The notes below the pieces were generated by a model. It searched no databases and was not told where the DNA came from. It saw nothing but the letters and a program-made list of their open reading frames with translations. This document shows positions 48,301-58,625 of a DNA stretch of 64,000 bases, one piece after another; position 1 is the stretch's first letter; each line of letters begins with the position of its first letter. The position numbers were made by a program, and so were the translations under genes. This stretch comes from Klebsormidium nitens (taxonomy: Eukaryota; Plantae; Klebsormidiophyceae): contig DF237045.1 of assembly GCA_000708835.1 (NCBI GenBank), positions 62,001-126,000 on the forward strand, in the 5' to 3' direction.

Positions 48301-51300
48301 TTGCCTGTCACATTCTTATCTGAACTGACGTCTCTTGAGGTTTCGCTCGAATCGCGAGTTTTGGCAAAGTTGTTTCATCCAGAAAGTTTTCTAAGTTGCA
48401 CTGCTTTCTGAGTTGACGTCCCCTGCCCGACTGGCCGTGCGGAGCTCCCGGGAAGTCAGGGATCAGTGCCCGATGTCCGTTGTCCGCTGTCCGCTTTGTT
48501 ATATTCGTATCTTCAGAAGTAAGCGTGACTAAGTTCTCAACTCCCCGTATGACTTCCTTCTTCTTTTCCTTCACTTGGCTCGCCATTTTTCTGTTTTGCC
48601 AGTTATTGCCGGATTCTTTCATTTTGTCTTCGCTCAATTCATGTCTAAGATTTGCTCAATCAGATGACAGCCAGGCTCTCGTGTTCGATGCCTACGCCCA
48701 CTTTACGTGCCGCACGCAATTGAAGACATTGCAAGCGGCGCCCCAGACAAGATTTATCTCCTTATCTAAAGCTCGCAATTCAGAATGAAAAGGTGCTGAC
48801 ATTACATGCAAATTGCTGACGTCATCCGGACACAATTGCTGACTTCCATAGCAATTCTTGTGCTCCCATGCAGTCGACATCCTAAACCTGGTCCAAGTAG
48901 AGAGCTGCGGTGTCCTGCAGCAACTGGTCAACGGTTCCGATGCAGGGTGAGCTCAGAAGTCATTACCTACGCTTCAAGAGCCCTCAAGATTGGTCGTTGT
49001 GCTTTTTATTGTGCATCGCTTTGGGAGCTTGTTTTTGTGTGATACTTCAGCATGCTTCCCACTGATTGACTGAAGTCAGAGGACGCGGCACTGAACGAAT
49101 AGCGTTCTTGAGCTGTCCTGTCGTAAGGCCCGAAGTCGACACTGTACTGTCAATAATCAAACGTGCTCATCCCTTTTCTCTCAAGATTATGATTTGAAGT
49201 TCGCGGCATCGAAGCATTTTTAGCTAGCCTTTGGACCTTCAAAAAACTCGTGGTCCGTCGTGCCCAAGACTTCTACGGAGTAAAGCGGTTGTGCTTACGA
49301 TGCGACGGACATCGACTTCTGTAATTTGCTGTTTCATCGTTACGTTGATCTCCCGAAGACACTGCATACAAGTTGCAGGCTAGCGTTGGCAAGAGACGCT
49401 GCACATTGGAGACACCGTTGTCCGGGTTTGCTTTCACTTTCGTGACAGTTTGTCTTATTCGCCTCCTCCAGGTATGCCTCGTATCTGGGCGTCTCGAACG
49501 ACTCCGTTTCAGGGCTGAATCTAGGACTGCTGTTCAGGCTGGACCCCATTCTGCCCATCGGAGTAAGTGCAAGCGATTTTTGTTGCAACAAGAGACTCGC
49601 TACCGAAAACCTACTTGTAATCGTTTTACTTTGTCCATGGCCCAGTAAACCGTCACTTGGGGGGATCGACCGTTCCAAAGCGGTGTGCTTTGCGACAAGA
49701 GCGTGCTCTTGTGAGGCTCTTTACAGTCACGTATAGCGAAGAAATTGGACATGTCGCTTAGGCAGCTCTGTGCGTCCCTCCTCGTTCCACGCAAGACATG
49801 GAGGGAGCTTCAAAAAGAAAAGGACAACGTGACACTGCTTTCTCGTTTGCTTGAGATTGACGGTTTGTGAGCTGGGAGACTTTGTGTGCCCCTTGCTGAA
49901 CTTACAAACCATATCCGGTAAGAATTAGATGACCTTTTGGTCAATTATGGTACCTCAAAAAAACCGCCAGCAAACGTGCCTGTATAATGTTCCTTCGCTT
50001 TACGAATGCCCAACACTTTGGCAACAGGGTTGCGAGAACACCTCAGCCGCCAGCATAGAAAGCCACAGTCGGCCTCATCCGTTGGTGAGGCTATGACTGC
50101 AAGCGGCTGACGTCATGCTCCCCTGCAGAGGATCTTGGGGAACATGAGCTACCCGCTGCCGGGCTCCGCCTGCGGCTTCAGCGGAACCGGAACGACCGAC
50201 GCAACCGCCAACTTCCGGACGACCTTCCAGGTTCTCAACCGGTCCGTGGCGTTTATCGGTATGGAGCTGCCAGGATTCCCACGAGACCCCGAGAGTTGCG
50301 CCGTTAGGGAAGCGCAGGTGAGACGAAAACCTGCGTTCACACGGGCTAAAGTTGTTCCCGTTTTTGTGTGTATATCTTAGCGATCCGGGTCAGGAAAATT
50401 GCTCAGTTTGACGTTCAATTAAGCTCAGGGGTTGCCGCAAGATCCCCAGAGCCCAATTCTTGAGGAGCAGAAACCGTACTTCGCTATTTCGACAACCCTT
50501 CGCAATTCGTGACGTGGGTTTTAACGTTCCCCCTGGCATAAGCTGCTTGCACACTGTGTCACGACGCCGCCTTGCAATCTTGGAGTGCTCTCTGCCGGTC
50601 GACTATCATCGAATCCAGATGATGCTACCGTTTCCGATTTTATCCGCGCCTAAGAGCGTCGAAATAACGACGAAAATAGCCTTTTCTCCTCAGGCTTGCC
50701 TGTCCGACGACCTTAAGGCAGCAATTATCAGCGCGGAAGTGCACCTAAGAGTGTCTAAATAAAGCTTCATCAGCTTTTCTCCAATGGCTTGCCTGTCCGT
50801 CGTCATTGCAGGCAGCAATCATCAGTGCGGAAGTGCAGCGCCGGATCGCGGCCGGGCAGGAGGTTGTGCTCGCGGGCAATCTCAACGACTGGTCGGCCGT
50901 GGACACAGACCCCCTGGTACGTCTGTCAACCTCTGAGTCGTGGACTCAAGAAGATTGTACATTCCACGGAGTACTGAGACTGTACTGTTGTGCATTCTAG
51001 TCTCTTTCAGCCGCCTCCTCTCGTCCAACCCCTCCAGTCGTCCTTCTGGATGATGAATCTGCAGTAGTGCAACTTCGCACGGACCCCGCCCTTTGCTTCT
51101 TTTTGCTTGATCGGCCTCCTGCTTCTGAAATGCCGACCGATCAATGGTGCTTGCCTTACGTCAAGCTCATTACGGCTGATCCGTTCAGGCGCGGTCGCTT
51201 TATCGCTTAATTTTTGCCGGCACTTCCATCTTGACGCGCAATGCACTCTTAGAACGAACCCTCACATCTAACAATCTTCTTTTTCCCTCTCGGCCGCCTC

Positions 51301-52633
51301 ATTGTTCTTTCACCACCAAACGTCTTTCCGCTTCTCTCATCTTTTCTCTGTGTTTGAGCAGCACTTCTTTGTCCAATTATCCGAGGAGCCTCTCTTCAAC
51401 GGCTCAGATTTGACGCCACGCTTGTTTTCCGTCGCAGGGTCACGTGCCCATCTCCCGGGTTCTGCAGTCGCTGCAATACCCAAACGCGTCCGGTCCCCCG
51501 CAGCTCATCAGCGCTGCCACGTGGTTGTCCGACGCGAATCGTTACACGTCCGAAGGTCCGGCGGTGGCGGGGGGATTCCCCGCGCCCCAACAAGTGGACT
51601 TTATCCTCGTCACGCAGGGGCTAGCGAGCCTCAACGTGACCGTACAAATTGCCCATGATAACGTGAGTCTACTAGTCTAGTTATTTTGGATCCCTATCGT
51701 GTCTGTAGTTTCCAGCTAAAAGTTTTCTGGTCAATGCGTGAGATTACTTGTCCATGGCATTGGACGTTGCTCTGTTTTTGCAGCGAAACGCCCTTCCTAG
51801 CATTGCTCTTTCGTCAGAGATCGTAAGCGTTTGACTTGATGGAGGCGCCAGTTTGCCGTGTCAGGAAAGTGTTGGGAACGTATCTTGACAACCCGCTGCC
51901 TCGACCCGCTGTCACTGTCGTCTCTTTCTTCTGCACGGACCTGGCACAGACCTCTTTTTGAATTGAACGCACCTTCGTGATTTCGTGGTTTGTACGGAGA
52001 CAAACTTGGGGTCTTTCGGATACACCTCTGAACATGGTTGCCAATGACAGCATTTCGCTTCTTTCAACGAGGCTTCCCTTCCGCACGTTTCTACAGGCTA
52101 CTCTTCAAAGTCTGTCAAGCCATTGGCCCCTCGTCCTCACGTTGCAAGTTCCGGATAGCAAGACGGCCACTGTAGCTCCCGTTGCCCAGGTATTGTTGCC
52201 CAATGTCACTACAAGTAGTAACTCGAGTTCAAGTGTTGTAGTGCCGTCGCCTGTTGCCACGTCATCGCTTACTAGTACATTAGATAGGAAGAGCAGTAGT
52301 AGCCTTCTGCTACCGATCGTACTCGGCAGTGCAGGCGGTGCCCTCTTTGTTGCACTAGCATGCTTACTGGTTTTCGTAGGGATGCGACGGAGAAAGAGGG
52401 TGTACAGTCATAGGCGGCTTCAGAAGCAAACACAGTTAGAAGGACATAGGCAAAGCCTGGAAGTTGCGGTGGAGCAAAAACGGGAGTCTACCGAAGAGCG
52501 GGAAAGCATGGTAGAGAATGTAGATGAGGATAAAGACGATTGGAGGCCCATAGATCGATCCATGCCGACAATCAAGTCGGGTGAAATCCTAGAGCTAGGT
52601 TTGTATGCCAAATCCCCCTTTGATGATGACTAG
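45383..52633 (+). CDS. Type I membrane protein: signal peptide + lamin-tail-like domain + EEP (endonuclease/exonuclease/phosphatase)-fold domain with degenerate active site + Ser/Thr stalk + TM + cytoplasmic tail, about 701 aa, 10 exons
   Basis: Exons 45383-45733, 46538-46615, 47158-47550, 48184-48247, 48874-48946, 49472-49562, 50129-50317, 50812-50916, 51438-51662, 52097-52633 (2106 nt, in frame, all GT-AG). LTD-like motifs GYNKAIEVRNP, DGNDVLAL, ATRNHTLFRK. EEP-like motifs LKVAMWTVDWLFDG, DILNLVQVE, VLAGNLND, QVDFILVT, SSHWPLV. TM LLLPIVLGSAGGALFVALACLLVFVGM followed by RRRKR. Confidence 0.8.
50649..50837 (+). repeat. Two-copy ~95-nt tandem duplication spanning the exon-8 acceptor of the LTD-EEP gene
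   Basis: Copy 1 at 50649-50743 and copy 2 at 50744-50837: CCTAAGAG...GGCTTGCCTGTCCG...AG|GCAGCAAT.ATCAG.GCGGAAGTGCA. Confidence 0.9.
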
Positions 52634-53461
52634 AACGGAGGACTTTAAATGAGAGGAACCCAAATGTTAATGTTCGGATAAAGTGCGAGTGATTTGCCTG
52701 TTTCCCAAAAGCATGACTTGGAAAATCAAAATGCTGCGAGTTTTTGAATGCGTTCAAAGGTTGGCATGGGATTTTAGAGCACCTCAGACTGGACCGCCAT
52801 TGCGCCATGGAACTTACATTCTATTGAATTGCTTTGCGTCTCATGGACGCATCAAAGGGTGCTAGCCATTCTGAAACCAGTGACAACGCTCTGACCGTTA
52901 AAGCTGAGTCGTCATTTTATTGAAATACAACTTGCAATCGCCGGTGTTTTGTCTGACAAGTTGCCAGAGAGGGCCATGGCGGCTGGCAATGATTATGAGA
53001 CGAATTATGAAACGGGTAGCGGCCATGGTGCGGCACCGGAAAGCCTGGCGCAACTAGTTGTAGTCACTGGCGGCTCAATCCAAACAAGAGGTTCAATTGC
53101 AACTAACGACTCTAGCTTTGATTGAAGCGCGGCTCGGTACGTAGGACTCAGCCAATGGCATGCCCAAGAGATAGAGATGATGCATATTAATTTGAAAGCC
53201 CCGAGGGCAGTTCACAAGCTTAGTAGCATGTTGTTGCATGCTTGTCGTCCGAATTTGCATGACGTGCTTAGGCCGCAAAGAGGAGTACAGGAGTAGTAAG
53301 GAGCCGGCTCATGCATGCATGTCCGATATGAGTGTGGAACTCGGTGCGATCCGCGGCCGCTGAGCGCGCGCTTTGCGGCGCGCCCGCGCGTGGGGGGCCC
53401 GCCGGCCGTTCAATGTGGCGTCACGGTGCTGCCCGCCTGCGCGGCAAATCATTCGCCCCAA

Positions 53462-53625
53462 GTACGTACCGAGGAGTAAGTACTTGTGAATCATTCTTGT
53501 ACGGACAACGTGCACATGACGCAACTGGTATCTGGTACGTACTGTACTGAGGACTTCTTGAACACTCTAGTGCCCAAAATGCTCCGCTTGTGGATCTGGA
53601 AAAGAATTTGGTGTCATCCTGGTAC
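53462..53625. promoter_or_regulatory. GTAC (SBP/SPL core) cluster upstream of the WRKY gene
   Basis: Eight GTAC at 53462, 53466, 53480, 53499, 53535, 53539, 53544 and 53622. Confidence 0.4.
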
Positions 53626-53676
53626 CTACCGTCACTTTGGAAAAAGAAAGGAGGTCCTGAGGGCATCACCCGTCAG

Positions 53677-53922
53677 TTGACCAAGTTCGAAGTGGAGGGC
53701 AGTCCGCCCGTTCTTTCTTCCATTCTCCTTTATCCGACGTCGATACGCCGATAGGGGAACGAGGGCGGGTGTTTTAAGCATGTCGTCGAAAAAGGAAGCC
53801 CTCGCCAGGAGTTGGCAATTTCTGCAGATTGCGGGCGACGAAAGGAAGGTTGCATTCCAAGGTACGGCGTTTTGACCAGAAGCCGCTCGCAGTCAACTGT
53901 TGACGTCAAGGCGGGGTTGACT
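53677..53922. promoter_or_regulatory. W-box cluster upstream of the WRKY ATG
   Basis: TTGACC at 53677 and 53872, AGTCAA at 53891, TTGACT at 53917, plus the palindrome TTGACGTCAA at 53900-53909. Confidence 0.6.
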
Positions 53923-53986
53923 TGCGCAACTGCGAGCTTCGTCGTTGGTCCACCCCGTTCAAAGCTTGCATGCGACCTCGCAAAAC

Positions 53987-56900
53987 ATGTCTCACAATTC
54001 GGACAAGGGGAGAGAAGACCCTCCGGGCTTTGGACTTTCGTTGGCTCCTCCCACAGGGAACCCCATGACTCTCGCGGTGAGCTCCCCTGTGGAGTTCGGC
54101 AGAATGGACTTGGGATTAGACGTGAACCCCAGCAGTTACACACGGAGTTTGCACCCCTTTCTGAGGCCTTCGGCAGCGGAGGCGACGGCCGGGGGGGTCC
54201 CGACAGAGCACGACGAAGACACCCACACTTTGACGGGGAGGAAACTAGAGGCGTTGCAGGACTTGGCAGCTGATTTCCTGAAAATGGTTAAGGACTCGAG
54301 CAGCAAAGAACTGGGCGGCGATGGGGAGCTGAAAACGCAATCTCTCTTTCGAACGGTTCCAACGAACATGGCAAAGCCCCCCCTGGGGCAGAACCCTATC
54401 AGGCGGTTTGGGTCACAGAGGCAAAACTCGCTGAGGTTTAGAACAAACCCGCCGGAGAGAATGGACATCCCGCGGGCTGTTGCGATCCCGCCCAACATGT
54501 TCAGCCCGAGTATGTTGGAGTCCCCCATTCTGCTGCGGTCATCGCAGGTGCGCACAATTCTCTTTCCTTACGCTTTCCAAAAGGAGATTGTCACTGTTTC
54601 CCTCGCGCTTGGGCAGGGGCCTTTCACATCGGAGGCTGCGGCTGCAACTGTTGAGCTGTCGTGTGCAAATACAGTAAAGAGTTGGGGGGGAGTTTTGGAG
54701 AGGACTGGGTCTGGAGCTGGTGAATGTTGTCATTGAGCTGTATGGATAATAGAAATTATTAGGGGCAGCTGGATTGCTATGCTCCTACGACAGTAAGTGG
54801 CTAGCTGCGCCGTCCGCTGGAATGTCATTCTGCGAATTGACACTCAAACTTCACAAGCCCGATGGCCAAGATTCCAGATTAGCTGTCCCTTTGTTTGCTG
54901 TTGCATCACATTATGCTCACCTACAAACCCTAATGGGGCCAGAACCAATGCCCCTTTGCCAAGTGACGCTACCTAATGCCATAAGATTCAACACTTCACC
55001 ACAGCTCGCCCCCCCTCAATTTTGAAAAAGCAACACAGAACAAGGTGTTATGCCACAGGCGTAGCTTTCCGCATGCAATTGCCCCTTTGTCAACACATAC
55101 AAAGTTTCATGGTTGCTCGCAACCAGCTTTCAAATCAACCCAGCAACGATAAGCTTGTACAGTCACTTGTTGTACGTATCAGGCACCATGAGCAACTCAT
55201 CGAACCCAAACTGCGTGTACCAAATTGTGAAAGTGAGGCGCTTTTAAACAAATATCGTAAGTGACGCTGTTTTGTTTCTCGTGTACAGGCAGAGCCATCT
55301 CCCACCACCGGCACCTTTCCGCTGCCCCCTTTCTTTCAGGGGGGCGGCCCCGCCCTGTCTTCTTCCCCCCGGTCGCGCGAGCAGCAGGAGGCGGCCAGTC
55401 AACAGGGCTTCATGTTCTTCCAAAATCGGCAGGCACGCTCAGAGCAGGTTCCAACCCGGCTGATGTCGCCACTCTCCGGACAGGTGTGTTCTTCTCCCCC
55501 GTCCTTGTCTTAGGAACCTTCCCGTCTTCTCCTATCAGCAGAAAGACAGGGGCAAACGTTCCTGGAAGTGAGCTCTGACTTCTGAGGAATGAAGATGGGT
55601 TGTCCTTTTGACCTGTCCGGCATTGAAACTTCAATTTGTTGGCAACCGCGACCGGATGTATCCGGCAATCCGTCAGCACTGTTCCCATAGGTTGTGTTCC
55701 ATGTAAACGACAGAGTTAATTCCTTACTTCAGTCACCTCCTTTACAAAATACTATCAGCCAACTGTGAGCAATCCTCTTGATTACCCGATAAGATACTGT
55801 TTCAGCCCAGGACTTCATTTGAAAGTGGTGGTCCGTGCAGCATCTTGGGAATTGGGTCTGCTTATGACCTTTTTTCTCTGCAAGAATCGAGAAAGAGTTG
55901 AGGTGCCTACAGGTAAGTGGTCTAGGCTTCTCCTATTGCTTGGAGATGCTAGCCAGGCGCTCAGTTTGAAACTACTTATAAGCGTGTCGCTCACATCCCC
56001 CCCGGTTTTCACCAGGTAGCACAATCGCCCCCGCAGCAGCCTATCCCCTTCTTCAACTCCAGCATTTCCCCCCAGTACAAGCCAAGCCCCTCGCGCCCTC
56101 CTGTTGCGTCCCGCCCCCCCATCCCAATGCCCCAGCCGCTCCAGATCAGCGACCCCCCCGAAATGTTGGAGGAGTTCGAAAAGCCCTCGGAAGACGGGTA
56201 CAACTGGCGCAAGTACGGGCAGAAACAGGTAAAGGGGTCGCAATACCCGCGCAGTTATTACAAGTGCACGCATCCGGGGTGCGACGTCAAGAAGAAGGTG
56301 GAGCGATCGAAAGACGGGAAAGTCGCGGAGAACGTTTACAAGGGGACGCACACGCACCCGATGCCGATGCCCCCCCGCCGGTTCATCCAGGGGTCTCCGT
56401 CGACAATGGTTAGCCCACAGGCCATCAAAGCGACGCAAGAGGTGCCGTCAGATAACGTTCGCTCTCCTGGGGGGGAGGGCGCCGAAGGGTTAGATGACTC
56501 AGCAACGGTTGAGATAACCACCGAGATGGAGATTCGCAGCCGGATCGAGATGCTGAAGCGGGAACTCTCCATGGCAGGGGGGGTGCCGAGTTTACATATA
56601 CCGGACGCCTCAAACGAACCGCCTGATCTGAATAAGGGCGCGTCGCCCCTCACAGCCACGCCGCCACGCAGTGCGGCGTCGTCGTTTGAGAGTGGGGGGG
56701 GCACAGCAGAGCGGAAACGGGCGGCGGAGGAGGGGGAGGAGGTAACGCAAGCGGCAAAGAAAGCGTGAGAAGGGCAACACCGCTCTACCAATCTGTGACT
56801 TGTGCTTTTCTTGCTGTGGTTGTGAGGCAGTAGTCAGAACTGGACAGGGTCGTTGTTTGCTTCTGCACAGATGGTAAAGCAGCTTTCTTGTAGTGGAGTT

Positions 56901-58625
56901 GGCTGAGATGGGGAGCTCGTGACAACAGTCGGAAGGCCCAGCGCTGTAACGAGTAGAAAGGCGGCATCGACTCGGTGTCTATTGGTTGTATGGACAGAAC
57001 GATGGCCGTATTGACTCGGTGTCTGTTGCTTGTCTGGATAGATTGACTGTGGCGTAAGCTCTCCCTTTTGTTCAGTGCATGTTCTTGTGTCAGAATATCT
57101 AAAGAGCAAGCAGGCCATCTGCATCCACTTAAATATCAGTTTGAGTTTGGGTTTTCAATGGTCGAACCTCCCGAATGTGGCCTGTTGTTGTGTCGACCCA
57201 GCTGCGTTTCAATCGTTGGGAAGCATCCCCATAATGCGGCCCGTTTTTCTCCCGTGTAACGGAAAGGACGCGCTTGTGGTTCATCTGCTGCAACTTTCTG
57301 GTCCCTTCTCGATCCGGTTGAAGAGGCAACTTTTATCATTAGCAGCTTAGCTCAAAGCACTATCGTTCTCGTGGACCCTCGCACCTCTATGAGCCTCGGA
57401 ACTGCTTGTTTTCTGCTCCCGAGTGCATAAGGTAGCTTGCTTTTGAGGTATTAAAACATTACTCTGTTGATTTAGGACACAATTTGGAAAGATACCTGAC
57501 ATCTAAACTCGGTCTCTATCACGATGCAGTCGACTGATACCGCCGCCGTCGGGGCGCAATGCGCGAGAGCCGAAGGTGGTGGTGCAGACGACGAGTGACG
57601 TGGACATCCTGGATGACGGGTTTCGGTGGCGCAAATACGGGCAGAAGCAGGTCAAGGACAACTCACATCCCAGGTGAGACCCGGCTTTGCTTCGTGCTCT
57701 CTTTTCGGCCCTCTCCAGTTTCTGCTGTCGTGGCTGCTCCCTTTTTTGTTGTCGAGGCGTGTCGTAGGGAGGGGTGGGTCGCCTTTATGCAGACGGGTAC
57801 CATTGAGCGTCGAGGGGTTGCGAATCAATGGGTTCTCTGATGCGAGCGCTGGTAGTTTCGGAGGTGGCAGCACAGGAGTCGATACGTCGAGCTGCTTTTC
57901 AGAAGCGGAAAGTTCGCGTCGTTCTGGATAGACACGCTTTTACTTGCTTGGGAAGTTTCTCAGGAACCGGCTATCGGAGGCCCTTCCACTTGTTGGTGTG
58001 TTGCCAGCACTCTCGAGAGGGGGTCTGTCTTGACAAATCTGCTTGGATTTAAAACTTCGGTTTCGCAGGGGCTGAACTCTAATCCGCTTGAATACGATCA
58101 GCAAAAGTGGATACGTCTTCCGCATCAGAAAACCAAAATGATGGCAGGTGCAAGGACGATTCTTCCCGGATTTACTACGCCGATTTTCTGATGGAAGTCA
58201 GGGCTGCTGGGCTTTTATCTTATCTACAACCGGGAGCTCTTGGGCATTGCATGCGCTGCGTGCCTTTCCCCTGCAAAGTCCACAAACGCTGGCTCCCAAC
58301 CTCACATACCCGCTGCTGATTTGGTTGACGGGATCTTATGCCGTTGAATTCGCACAGATATTAAATTACGACTTGTTTGTATGCGTGCAGGAGTTACTAC
58401 AAGTGTACGAGTGCCAACTGCCCTGTGCGCAAGCACGTGGAACGGTCGGCGACGGACATTCGAGCAGTCATTACTACGTACGAGGGGAAGCACAACCACG
58501 ACCCGCCTGTAATAGGGTCACATCACCATGACAGCCGGCCTAGCACGCCTCCGTTGCCAGCCGGGACCACGAAGTCTTTAGGGATACAATCCGTTGACAC
58601 GCACTCGCTAGAGGGCCAAGGGTAA
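53987..58625 (+). CDS. Group I WRKY transcription factor (two WRKY domains, C2H2 zinc fingers), about 627 aa, 5 exons
   Basis: Exons 53987-54547, 55289-55483, 56016-56764, 57530-57673, 58391-58625 (1884 nt, in frame). Domains [26 protein letters not shown] and [21 protein letters not shown]|SYYKC, with the conserved R-type intron. The N-terminal [21 protein letters not shown] block is typical of group I. The start codon is less certain. Confidence 0.92.

Noticed and set aside
57640-57673. C-terminal WRKY domain variant [10 protein letters not shown] (usual KVVKGNPxPR)
   Set aside because: The WRKYGQK core and zinc ligands are intact. A single substitution outside the core is too weak to call a specificity change.
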